Below, one piece after another: positions 42,197 through 51,964 of a stretch of 64,000 bases of DNA (its first letter is position 1; each line of letters starts with the position of its first letter). A model generated the notes under the pieces. The model was not told the DNA's origin. It saw only the letters and a list, made by a program, of their open reading frames with translations, and searched no databases. A program made the position numbers and the translations under genes. Location of the stretch: NCBI GenBank assembly GCA_963843575.1, contig CAWJKZ010000009.1:189016-253015 (forward strand). Reading direction: 5' to 3'. The stretch comes from an uncultured Acidobacteriota bacterium. Its GTDB lineage: Bacteria; Acidobacteriota; UBA6911.

Positions 42197-43540
42197 TCAG
42201 CTGCCGCTGACCACCATGCTGCCGATCAGCAGCGTCGGGGCAAAGATCTCGCCCAAAATCACTGGATCATTGCCGACCGCTTCAATCCTTGTCAACATGT
42301 CTTTCAGGTTGCCCGCGATCGTGATTTCCTCTACGGGAAAGGCCGGCGCGCCGCCGTCGATCCAGATGCCCGCGGCCCCCTGGCTGTAGTTGCCGGAGAC
42401 GATGTCCACGCCGAAGCCGATCAGTTCGGTGACGTACAGCCCCCGTTTGATCGAGCGCATCATGGCGTCGGGCGAAGAGTTCCCCGGATGGATGTAGAAG
42501 TTGCTCGGGCCCGACGCGGGGGCCCCGTGAGGGTCGCGGCTGGAATTGGACGTCGTGCGCAGCCTGAGTTTCCGGGCGGCGTAGGAATCGAGGAGGAAAC
42601 TCTCCAGCACGCCATCCCGGATGACGCGGGTGGTCTGCGACGGCACCCCTTCGCAGTCGAAGGGGCGCGACCCCAGGCCGCCGGGCAGCAGGGCGTCGTC
42701 GGTCACGTTGAGCAGAGGGGAGGCCACCCGGGTGCCGAGCCCGTCGAGCAGGAAGGACGCCTTGCGCAGCAGGGCGGTGCCGGACACGGCGTCCGCGACA
42801 TGTTTCAGGAGGAGCGCGGCGGCGGCCGGGTCGAAGAGGACCGGCACCTCGCCGGTCGGCACCTTGCGCGCCCCGAGCCGGCGCAGGGCGCGGCGGGCGG
42901 CTTCTTTCCCGATCTCTTCCGCGGGCTGGAGGAGAGAAAAATCCAGGGCCGTCGAGAGCCAGTAATCGCGCTGTTTCTGCCCGTCCAGTTCAGCCAGGGG
43001 GGACGTGAACAGGGAGTACAGGCTCTTGGAGTATTGCGCGGCGACGCCGAGCGAGTTCGCGTACGCGGTGCCGGTCAGGGATTCGGTGAACCCGGCCCCC
43101 TCGGAGTTGCAGATCCGCGGGTCGTAGTGCAGGGACGCCTCCTCGCAGCGTTGCGCCAATTCGATCCGGGCTCCGGTGTCCATGCCCGGCGGGGCGGGGT
43201 GGCAGAGCGGCAACTCGGGAATGGGGCGCTCGTAGGCCTCCGGCGGGGGCAACCCGGCCGCGGGGTCGTTCCCTACGGCGCGGGCGAGGTCCACGGCCGC
43301 CGCGACGACCGCCTCGATCGTCTCCGGGGAGAAGTCGGATGTGGCCGTGGTCGCGGACCGGTTGTCGCATATCACGCGCAGCCCCAGCTTGCGGGACTCG
43401 GCCTGGAACAGCTTCTCCACGGTCCCCAGCCGCACCAAAACGGAGAACTCCGTCCCCTCGCGCACCGTCGCCTCGGCGGCGGCGGCGCCTGCCTTTGCCG
43501 CCTTCCGGACGACTTCCTGTACCAGTTCTTTCCGATCCAT
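42197..43540 (-). CDS. pmbA: PmbA/TldE metalloprotease subunit
   Basis: SRPFDCEGV, GNYSQGAAG and EEITIAGNL motifs; adjacent to tldD. Confidence 0.9.
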   Translation of the reverse strand: MDRKELVQEVVRKAAKAGAAAAEATVREGTEFSVLVRLGTVEKLFQAESRKLGLRVICDNRSATTATSDFSPETIEAVVAAAVDLARAVGNDPAAGLPPPEAYERPIPELPLCHPAPPGMDTGARIELAQRCEEASLHYDPRICNSEGAGFTESLTGTAYANSLGVAAQYSKSLYSLFTSPLAELDGQKQRDYWLSTALDFSLLQPAEEIGKEAARRALRRLGARKVPTGEVPVLFDPAAAALLLKHVADAVSGTALLRKASFLLDGLGTRVASPLLNVTDDALLPGGLGSRPFDCEGVPSQTTRVIRDGVLESFLLDSYAARKLRLRTTSNSSRDPHGAPASGPSNFYIHPGNSSPDAMMRSIKRGLYVTELIGFGVDIVSGNYSQGAAGIWIDGGAPAFPVEEITIAGNLKDMLTRIEAVGNDPVILGEIFAPTLLIGSMVVSGS

Positions 43541-43571
43541 AGACCTGCGGGCCCCCGGGCCCGCCGCGCCG

Positions 43572-45008
43572 CTACCCGTTGCTGGTGCCACCCACGGTGA
43601 TCTCGTCGACCCTGAGCGTCGGGGTGCCGACGCCCACGGGCACATTCTGTCCCTCTTTCCCGCAGGTCCCGATGCCCTCGTCGAGCCGGAGATCGTCGCC
43701 CACCATCGAGACGCGCGTGAGCACGTCCGGGCCGTTGCCGATGAGGGTTGCACCCTTGACGGGCGCGGTGATGCGGCCGTTCTCGATGAGGTAGGCCTCG
43801 GAGGCCGAGAAGACGAATTTTCCGCTGGTGATGTCCACCTGGCCCCCGCCGAAGTTCACCGCGTACAGGCCCCGGGCGACCGACCGGATGATCTCCTCGT
43901 TCGCGCTGGTGCCCGGGAGCATGAACGTGTTGGTCATCCGGGGCATCGGGATGAAGGCGTAGCTCTCGCGCCGCCCGTTTCCTGTCGGGGCCGCGCCGGT
44001 CAGGCGCGCGCTGAGCGCGTCCTGCATGTATCCCCGCAGGATGCCGTTCTCGATGAGGATCGTCCGGGAGGTCGCGTTCCCCTCGTCGTCGAGGTTTAGA
44101 GACCCTCTGCGGCCCGGAATGGTTCCATCGTCGACGACGGAGCACAGCGGCGAAGCGACCTTCTGGCCGATGCGGCCGGAAAAGGCGGAGAGCTTCTTCC
44201 GGTTGAAATCCGCTTCGAGCCCGTGCCCGATGGCCTCGTGGAGGAGTATTCCCGGCCAGCCGGGGCCGAGGACGACCGGCATGGGCCCGGCCGGGGCGTC
44301 CCGCGCGTCGAGCAGGAGCACCGCCTGGCGGGCCGCCTCGCGCGCGAAATGGCCGGGCGAAGTCCCGTCGAAGAAATCCAGCCCGACACGCCCTCCACCG
44401 CCCTTGATGCCGATCTGACGCTCGCCGCGGGACACGGCGATGCAGGAGACCTGGAGCACGCTCAGAGGCTGCGTGTCGACGGCGCTGTCCCCCAGACTGC
44501 TGCAGACCAGGACGTGCTTGACCTCGTTGGCGAGGACGACCCGGACCTCGGCAATTCGGGAGTCGTAGCTGCGCGCAGCCTGGTCCGCCCTCGTCAGGAG
44601 GTCGAGCTTGAGCGGCAGATCCAGGCTGACCAGCGGGCGGGGAACGGGGTAGAGATCGTGTTTCCCGGGGCGCGAGACGTCGACGGGGCCCACCGGTTTC
44701 GGAGGGGCGCCGTGGGCGATGGCCCTGGCCACCGAAGCCGCGCGCAGGGTCTCCTCGGGCTCGAAACCGTCGGCGTAGGCGTAGCCGGTCTTTTCCCCCG
44801 AGATGACCCGGATTCCGACGCCCTGGGTGATGTTGGTCGAAGCGTTCTTGAGGATGCCTTCTTCGAGGGTGAGCACGTCCCGGGACCGGTACTCGAAGTA
44901 AAGGTCGGCGTAGTCTCCCCCGTCCGACAGCGCGGTCGACAGGAGACGCTCGAGGTCGTTTCGGGACACGCCGAAGCGCTGCGCGAAGACATTGCCTTGT
45001 TCCTGCAT
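43572..45008 (-). CDS. tldD: TldD metalloprotease
   Basis: LHEAIGHGLEADFNRK, PMPRMTNT and CGKEGQ motifs. Confidence 0.93.
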   Translation of the reverse strand: MQEQGNVFAQRFGVSRNDLERLLSTALSDGGDYADLYFEYRSRDVLTLEEGILKNASTNITQGVGIRVISGEKTGYAYADGFEPEETLRAASVARAIAHGAPPKPVGPVDVSRPGKHDLYPVPRPLVSLDLPLKLDLLTRADQAARSYDSRIAEVRVVLANEVKHVLVCSSLGDSAVDTQPLSVLQVSCIAVSRGERQIGIKGGGGRVGLDFFDGTSPGHFAREAARQAVLLLDARDAPAGPMPVVLGPGWPGILLHEAIGHGLEADFNRKKLSAFSGRIGQKVASPLCSVVDDGTIPGRRGSLNLDDEGNATSRTILIENGILRGYMQDALSARLTGAAPTGNGRRESYAFIPMPRMTNTFMLPGTSANEEIIRSVARGLYAVNFGGGQVDITSGKFVFSASEAYLIENGRITAPVKGATLIGNGPDVLTRVSMVGDDLRLDEGIGTCGKEGQNVPVGVGTPTLRVDEITVGGTSNG

Positions 45009-45030
45009 CGAGTCGGGACTCCCGGGGGCG

Positions 45031-46089
45031 CTATTTCGCTGAGGAAAGCTCGGCGGCTTTCTGCTTGTAGGATTCGGACTTCGCCTTGTTTTCGAGGCGT
45101 CCGTACATGTCGCCCAGCAGCGCGTAACAACGGAGCAGCCCTGCCTTGTCGTTGGCTTTGACGAGGAAGGGGACGGCACGCTCGGCCGCGGTGGCGGCTT
45201 CGGCGGTCTTGGAGCCGTAGGCCAGGTGGTCGGCCATGAGAAACAGCGTCCACCCTGCGTTCTGGTCGTCGCCCGCGGCGACGAACATTTTGTGGGCCGC
45301 GTCGAAGTGCTTCATCGGCTCGCTGCTGACGGCGTCGATCCTGCTCAGCGACACTCCCTGGAACATGATGGCCCGGGCCTGCAGGGCCGGTTTTCCCGCC
45401 TGCTTGTTCTGGTCGGCCGAGCGCGTGAACGCTTCCAGGGCGGCGCTGGGGCGGCCCAGTTGCAGGAGCACCTGGCCGAGGTTGAAGTTATAGGAGCCCG
45501 CCCGCAGCGGGTCCTTCTGTTCCTCCGCCATCTTGCGGGCCGTGTCGAATTCCCGCGCCGCCTCTTCTATTTTTTCGTCGTTGCCTGTCTGGAGGCTCCT
45601 GAGGGCGACCCCCAGGTTGTTGTGCACCCCCGCCTGGAGCACCGGGTCGTTGGCCTTGCGGCCCAAGTCCAGCGCTTCCCTCAGCTTGGCTTCGGCCTTG
45701 GCGTATTGCCTGTTGTCGGCGAGCTCGATTCCGGCGATGCGCGCCAGGCGCCCCTGGATCGCGTCGGTGGGAAGGGTCAAACCCTTGGCCTTGCCGGCCT
45801 TGGCAAGGGCCGCGCAGAATCGGTCCGCGCCCTCGACGGCGGCCTTGGCCTCGGCGATCCGCCGTTCGGTGACCTGCAGGTCGGCGGCGTCCAGGATCGA
45901 CTTCAGAGCCGCCGGCACCAGGGCCGGGGATTTTGCGGCGGCCCGCACCGCGTCGCTGGTCTTGTTCTGAACGATGAGGTCCTGGAGCGTCGGAGCCGGC
46001 TTCGCGGTTTTCGCGGGCTTCTTTTGCGCCGGAAGGGAGGGCGCCAGGCAACTCATTCCGAGCATCGCCGCCAAAAGTGCCTTGTGCAT
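45031..46089 (-). CDS. exported TPR protein
   Basis: Signal peptide; HNNLG and FNLGQ TPR-like repeats. Confidence 0.75.
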   Translation of the reverse strand: MHKALLAAMLGMSCLAPSLPAQKKPAKTAKPAPTLQDLIVQNKTSDAVRAAAKSPALVPAALKSILDAADLQVTERRIAEAKAAVEGADRFCAALAKAGKAKGLTLPTDAIQGRLARIAGIELADNRQYAKAEAKLREALDLGRKANDPVLQAGVHNNLGVALRSLQTGNDEKIEEAAREFDTARKMAEEQKDPLRAGSYNFNLGQVLLQLGRPSAALEAFTRSADQNKQAGKPALQARAIMFQGVSLSRIDAVSSEPMKHFDAAHKMFVAAGDDQNAGWTLFLMADHLAYGSKTAEAATAAERAVPFLVKANDKAGLLRCYALLGDMYGRLENKAKSESYKQKAAELSSAK

Positions 46090-46217
46090 GAGGTCTCGTC
46101 CTTGTGAGAGCAGTCAGTATAGCAGAACGAAAATCGGGACCGGCGAAATCGTCGGGATACCACCTTGTCGGCCCCTCGCCGGGTATGGTAGCCTTCGATT
46201 TTTCAAGGACCTGGGAG

Positions 46218-47576
46218 ATGACGACGCGCTTAGCCACGATTGTTCTGCTCACTGCTCTGTCGGTTTTGGCCTCCGGTGTGGGAGGGGTTGCCCAGGACGC
46301 GCCCGCATTGCCGGACCTGAACTACAAACGGCTGCTGAATGACCTGCAGTTGATCGTGGCGTCCCCGCCCCAGGGCGCCGGGGACGAGATGGCGATCGGG
46401 CTGGTCCTGCGTTACGGCTCCACCTTCGACCCGGTCGACAAGGGAGGGGTAGCCTACCTGCTCACCCGCATGCTCGGCAAGGCCACCCAGGACCGGTCCG
46501 GGAAGGACATCCAGGACGAGCTGAACTACCTCGGCGTCAGCCTCGACATCCGCTGCGGCTGGGACGGGATCCATTTCCTCGTGCGCGGTCGGAGCGCGGT
46601 GTACGAACGCGCGCTCCTGCTGCTGTACCAGGTTGTGGGCGAGGCCGTGTTCGACGATGCCGAGTTCGCCAGGGTCAAGGGCGAGGTCCTCGACGAGATC
46701 GCCCGGCCGGAGGACCCGAGGCAGCAGGTCCGGTCCCAGCTGGAATCCGCCATGTTCCGGGGGACTTCCTATGGCAGGCCGCTGCGGGGAACGCGGGGGT
46801 CGGTGCAGAATATCGTGGTCGGCGACCTGCGCCTGTTTTACCGCAGGTTCTTCTCGCCCAACTCCGCGGCGCTCGCGGTCGTCGGGTCCGCGCCCCAAGC
46901 GCAGGTGCTGCAGAAAACGACCCGCATCTGGGGTGTGTGGGTGCGCCGGGATGAAGTCCCCTTCAGCTTCCTGCCGCCGCGCAACCCCTCCTCGAGAAAC
47001 GTGTTTTTCCAGGACGATGCGAGCTCGCCGGCCGCGCAGTTCATTCTCGGCAACCTGTGGCCGCGGCGCGAGGATCCGGATTACTACGCCGCCTCTCTCG
47101 CGGCGCGCCTCCTGCAGGAGCGCCTGACCAAGGTGCTCCCGACGTCGCTGGTGACGGTTGCCAGCGATCCCCGCCGGATGGCGGGCCCGTTCTACGTGCA
47201 GGGCCAGGCCGCCGCCGACCAGGCTGCCGGGGAGATCGGCAAGATCCTCCAGGTCGTGGAGGAGTTCAAGGGGGCCGCGGTGGCCGCTCCCGACCTCGCC
47301 GCAGCCCAGAAGCGCTGGATCGAGGAGTTCAACCAGGGCCTCAAGACCGCCGAGGGGATCTGCGGCACGATCCTCGAATCGGAACTGTACCGGCTGGGGA
47401 CCAACTACACGGCCAGCTTTCCCGAACTCGTCAGGCGCGTCGACCCCGATGCGGTGAAGAGCGCCTCGAAGGAGTGGATCTTCCCCGGGGGTGTCGTCAT
47501 CGTGGTCCGCGGCCCCGCGACGCCGCTGAAGCCGTCTCTTGCGTCGCTGGGCGAAATACAGACGCTCGCCCCCTGA
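46218..47576 (+). CDS. M16 (pitrilysin) family protein, non-catalytic subunit
   Basis: GSTFDPVDKGGVAYLL in place of HXXEH; FYRRFFSPNSAALAVVG. Confidence 0.8.
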   Translation: MTTRLATIVLLTALSVLASGVGGVAQDAPALPDLNYKRLLNDLQLIVASPPQGAGDEMAIGLVLRYGSTFDPVDKGGVAYLLTRMLGKATQDRSGKDIQDELNYLGVSLDIRCGWDGIHFLVRGRSAVYERALLLLYQVVGEAVFDDAEFARVKGEVLDEIARPEDPRQQVRSQLESAMFRGTSYGRPLRGTRGSVQNIVVGDLRLFYRRFFSPNSAALAVVGSAPQAQVLQKTTRIWGVWVRRDEVPFSFLPPRNPSSRNVFFQDDASSPAAQFILGNLWPRREDPDYYAASLAARLLQERLTKVLPTSLVTVASDPRRMAGPFYVQGQAAADQAAGEIGKILQVVEEFKGAAVAAPDLAAAQKRWIEEFNQGLKTAEGICGTILESELYRLGTNYTASFPELVRRVDPDAVKSASKEWIFPGGVVIVVRGPATPLKPSLASLGEIQTLAP

Positions 47577-47770
47577 GGTTTCCCGCTCCCGGCAATACCC
47601 ATCACACGGCTGCACGGCGTCGTCGCGGGCGGTTTCCCGAGCCCCGGGCCCGGGTTGGACGCCGATTTGGCAAACGAAACCGTCGGGCCGGCGTATATAG
47701 GCAAGACCTCGGGCCTTTGCTATAATTCCGGCAATTGGGTGGACTGGTTGCCCCTGGGTGAAACAAGGAA

Positions 47771-48583
47771 TTGACAAATAGCAGACGCGTAGCAAGTTAC
47801 CGCACCGCCGGCTGTGCAGTTCTTACTATCCTCGGGCTGCTGATCAGCGCCCTGGCTCAGTCGGATGGAACTCGGGCTTTTTTTGATGCAAACGACAGGA
47901 CACCTGTGCCCCTGCAACAGTCGGAACCGGAATTCACCTTTGTGCGCATCGTCTACAACGGACTGGGCGGCTGGGGTTACTACAAGAACTGGTACACGGA
48001 CTGGCCCAAGGCGGATCGGCAATTCATCCTGGGGGTCAAGCGGCTGACCAACATCAAGGTCGCGGACGAAACAAAAACCATCCCGCTGACGGACCCGGAA
48101 CTGTTCCGCTATCCGTTCGTCTACTCGGTCGAGGTCGGGCACTGGGATCTCAGCGAGGCCGAGGCGAAATCCCTGCGCGAATACCTGCAGCGCGGGGGCT
48201 TCCTCTTCTGCGACGATTTCTGGGGGACCTGGGAATGGGAAAACTTCTCCCAGAACATCCAGCGGGTCCTGCCCGGGAGCCGGATAGCGGAAATCCCGCT
48301 CGATCACCCGGTGTTTCATTCCTACTACGACATCCCCCAGATCCTGCAGACGCCGAACGTGGGGAACGCGCTCTACAAGAACTTCACGTACGAGCAGGAC
48401 GGCATCGTCCCCCACTGCCGGGGCATATTCGACCACGAGGGCAGGCTGATGGTGGTGATCAACTGGAACACGGATCTGGGAGACGCCTGGGAGTGGGCCG
48501 ACCTGCCCGGTTATCCGGCGAAGTACTCCACCTACGCCTATCAGATCGGCATAAATGCGATCGTGTACGCCATGAGCCATTAG
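47771..48583 (+). CDS. DUF4159 domain protein
   Basis: FTFVRIVY, LREYLQRGGFLFCDDFWG and NTDLGDAWEW. Confidence 0.85.
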   Translation: MTNSRRVASYRTAGCAVLTILGLLISALAQSDGTRAFFDANDRTPVPLQQSEPEFTFVRIVYNGLGGWGYYKNWYTDWPKADRQFILGVKRLTNIKVADETKTIPLTDPELFRYPFVYSVEVGHWDLSEAEAKSLREYLQRGGFLFCDDFWGTWEWENFSQNIQRVLPGSRIAEIPLDHPVFHSYYDIPQILQTPNVGNALYKNFTYEQDGIVPHCRGIFDHEGRLMVVINWNTDLGDAWEWADLPGYPAKYSTYAYQIGINAIVYAMSH

Positions 48584-48664
48584 GCCGGCGCCGGCCCGGC
48601 CCCCGTGCCCGCACCAGGTGACGGGCCGGTCGGCCGTTTTCGACGGGAGCTTCCTCAAGGGAAG

Positions 48665-50953
48665 ATGAACGCCATATTCGAGCTGCTGTTCAAATACCGG
48701 CCTCCCCTGTTCGAGAAGGGGGCGCTGGCGCTGCGGGCGCCCTGGCCGGGCTACGTCACCTGGCTGCTGGCCGGCGCGGCCGTGGCACTGGCCTTTCTGC
48801 TCTATCGGCGCGTCTCCGGCTCGCTCAGTGCGGGATGGTGGTTCGGCCTGTCGGGCCTGCGCGCCCTGTCGCTGCTGGTCGTGCTCGCGATGTTCCTCCA
48901 GCCTGTCCTCGTGCTGCACTCCGTCATCCCCCAGAAGAGCTTCGTCGCCGTCGCCTACGACGTCAGCAAAAGCATGGAGATCCACGACGGGGCGGAGGGG
49001 CAGTCCAGGCTGGAAATCCAGCAGCACCTGCTGCGCCCCGCCGGGAACCGGCTCGTGGAGGAACTTGCGGCCAAGTTCAAGCTGCGCTACTTCCGCTTCT
49101 CCAGCTCCGCGGAGCGCGCCGGGGGAGTCGAGTATCCGCCGCGGCACGGCAACATGACCGACCTCGACCGTTCGCTCAACCAGGTCGTGGCGGAACTCGG
49201 GAGCGCTCCCGTGTCCGGTGTCGTACTCATTACCGACGGGGCCGACAACCGGTCGCGGAACCTGGCGGTGACCGCCGCCCAGCTGAAGGCTCGCAGGATC
49301 CCGGTCTTCCCGATCGGGATCGGGGCCGACGGTTTCTCCCGCGACACCGAGGTCGTGCGTGTCTCCGCCCCCCGCAAGGTGCTCAAGGACACCATGATCG
49401 AAGCCGACGTGGCGGTGAGGGCCACCGGCTATCCGGGGCGCCGGGCGCGCCTCCAGGTCAAGGAGCGCGATCGTGTGGTGCAGTCCCAGGAGATCACGCT
49501 CGGCAGCGACGGCGAGGTCAAAACCTACAAGGTCAACTTCACCCCCGAGGCCGCCGGCTCCAAGGTGTTCACCTTCAGGGTCGAGCCCTTCCAGGACGAA
49601 CTGATCTCCGAAAACAACGATCGCAGCGTGCTCGTGCGCGTCGAGGACGAACGCCCGGGGATCCTGTACGTCGAGGGTGAACCGCGCTGGATTTACGGGT
49701 TCCTGCGCCGCGCAAGCCTGGAAGACAAGAACCTGCACCTCGTCACCCTGCTGCGGCAGGCGGACGGCAAATTCCTGCGCCAGGGAGTCGAGAGCGGCAC
49801 GGTGCTCGAGAAGGGGTTCCCGGTCGACCGGGCCGAGCTGTTTCAGTACAGGGCGATCATCCTGGGCAGCGTGGAGGCCAGCTTCTTTACCTTCGACCAG
49901 CTCCGCCTGATTTCGGACTTTGTCGGCCAGCGGGGCGGAGGGTTCCTGATGCTGGGCGGCAAGAACTCCTTCGCGCAGGGGGGATATGTCAACACCCCGC
50001 TGGAGGACGTCCTGCCGGTGAATCTGAGATCCGGCGCCGGGAAAGGGGCGGCGCCCCCGTTCAGCGACGTGGAGTTCAAGGCCCGGCTGACCGCCTACGG
50101 GCTCGAGCACCCCGTCACCCGCATGTCTTTGCTGGAGCCCGACAACCGCAAACGGTGGGAGAGCGCGCCGACGCTGGTCGGAATGAACCCGACCTCGGGG
50201 GCGAAACCCGGGGCCACGGTGCTCCTGCAGGGGGCCGGGGACCGGGCGGAAAGCGCCGTCCTGCTTGCCTTTCAACGATTCGGCCGCGGCAAGTCGATGG
50301 CTCTGGCCACCGGGTCGACGTGGCGCTGGCGCATGGAGCAGGACCACCGCGACAACTTCCACGAGCTCTTCTGGAAGCAGATGTTGCGCTGGCTCGTCAG
50401 CGACGTCCCCGACGCGGTGAAGATCGAGACGGAGAAACACTCCTATTCACTGGACGAGCCGGTCGTCCTGCGCGCCGAGGTCAACGATCCCGGCTTCATG
50501 CACCTGAACAACGCCCGCATCTCGGTTCAGGTCAAGGCGCCTTCGGGCCAGTTGGCGACCGTCCCGCTGACCTGGGAGCCGGACCAGGAAGGCGTGTACT
50601 CGGCCACCTACAAGGCCCAGGAAGACGGCATCTACGAGATCTCCACCGAGGCGTTCCAGGGGGAAAAGTCGCTCGGCAGCGCCAAGGCGAGTTTTCGCGT
50701 CGCCGACTCCTCGGACGAGTACCACGACGCCGCCCTCAATTCGTCCCTGCTCAGACAGCTTGCGGCAAACACCGGCGGGCGCTATTACACTCCGGGGGAC
50801 GCGCAGCATCTGGCCGAGGACATTTCCTATGTCGACAACGGCGCGTCCCGCATCGAGGAGAAGGAACTGTGGGACATGCCGGTGCTGTTCCTCCTGCTGG
50901 TCGGCGCGGTCTCGTCGGAATGGATCCTGCGCAAGCGGAAAGGCCTGGCGTGA
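48665..50953 (+). CDS. membrane VWA + glutamine-amidotransferase-like protein
   Basis: DVSKSM, ITDG, GGGFLMLGG, RFGRGKSMA and C-terminal EWILRKRKGL. Confidence 0.8.
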   Translation: MNAIFELLFKYRPPLFEKGALALRAPWPGYVTWLLAGAAVALAFLLYRRVSGSLSAGWWFGLSGLRALSLLVVLAMFLQPVLVLHSVIPQKSFVAVAYDVSKSMEIHDGAEGQSRLEIQQHLLRPAGNRLVEELAAKFKLRYFRFSSSAERAGGVEYPPRHGNMTDLDRSLNQVVAELGSAPVSGVVLITDGADNRSRNLAVTAAQLKARRIPVFPIGIGADGFSRDTEVVRVSAPRKVLKDTMIEADVAVRATGYPGRRARLQVKERDRVVQSQEITLGSDGEVKTYKVNFTPEAAGSKVFTFRVEPFQDELISENNDRSVLVRVEDERPGILYVEGEPRWIYGFLRRASLEDKNLHLVTLLRQADGKFLRQGVESGTVLEKGFPVDRAELFQYRAIILGSVEASFFTFDQLRLISDFVGQRGGGFLMLGGKNSFAQGGYVNTPLEDVLPVNLRSGAGKGAAPPFSDVEFKARLTAYGLEHPVTRMSLLEPDNRKRWESAPTLVGMNPTSGAKPGATVLLQGAGDRAESAVLLAFQRFGRGKSMALATGSTWRWRMEQDHRDNFHELFWKQMLRWLVSDVPDAVKIETEKHSYSLDEPVVLRAEVNDPGFMHLNNARISVQVKAPSGQLATVPLTWEPDQEGVYSATYKAQEDGIYEISTEAFQGEKSLGSAKASFRVADSSDEYHDAALNSSLLRQLAANTGGRYYTPGDAQHLAEDISYVDNGASRIEEKELWDMPVLFLLLVGAVSSEWILRKRKGLA

Positions 50954-51964
50954 CGACAGGAATCGCACGGGGCATGACCGCACTCCTGATCGCGGTTGCG
51001 TGCTCGGGCACGGCTGGCCCGGCCATGCCCGCCGAAAGCCCTGCCGGCCGCTGGGCCATACTGATCGCCGGCATCAGCGGCGACCCGGAGCTCCAGGGCT
51101 CCTTCCTGCAGCAGCTCAAGCGGCTCCGGTCGGTCCTGGAGGGACCTCTCGGATTCCGCGCCCGACCGCGTGTTCGTGTTCGCGGAAGACCCGGCGAAAG
51201 ACCCGGCCCTCGTCCAGTTCAAGTCGACCAGGGAGAACCTGGACAAAGTCTGCCGGGACCTCGCGCCGCGCGTGCGGAAGGAAGACGAGGTGTTTGTCTT
51301 CATCGTGGGGCATGGAAATGCCGAGGGGAGCGTTTACAAACTCAACCTCGTCGGCCCCGACCCCACCGCGGAGGAGCTGGCCGCGACGTTGTACTCCCTG
51401 CCGTCGCAGCACTTCGTCGTCGTCAACACCACGACCTGCAGCGGCGGCAGCCTGGCCGCGCTTTCGCGCAAGGGAAGCATCGTGCTCACCGCGACCAAGA
51501 GCGGGCACGAGAAGAATCAGACGCACCTCGGCGAGTACTTCGTGGAGGCGCTCGAGGCCGGGAACGCCGACAGCGACAAGAGCGGCCGCGTTTCGATCCT
51601 CGAGGCGTTCGACTACGCGTCCCTGAAGGTTTCGGAATACTACACCAGGGAAGGCCACCTGCAGACCGAGCACCCCGTCCTCGACGACAACGGCGACACG
51701 CAGGCGCACGACAAGCCCGCGCCCGACAACGGGGACGGCTTCCTTGCCCGGACCACATACCTGGACGCCGGTCCTGCTGCTGCGGCTGCAGGGGCGGCCA
51801 CGCCGGAGCAGGTCGAACTGGCGCGGCTCTCGCAGGAGCTCGAGAAAGAGATCGAGAGTTTGAAATACCGGAAATCCGGCATGCCCGCGGACGAGTACGA
51901 AAGGCAGCTGGAAGACCTCTTGTTGAAGCTGGCGCGGACGAATGCAAAGCTACAGAAGAAGTAG
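50950..51964 (+). CDS. caspase/C13-like hypothetical protein (frameshift near 51160)
   Basis: WAILIAG, FIVGHG and SGGS; cluster context. Confidence 0.6.

Noticed and set aside
42197-45008. TldD/PmbA as the leader peptidase of the micro-peptide system
   Set aside because: More than 20 kb away and in an ordinary housekeeping context; no evidence of linkage.
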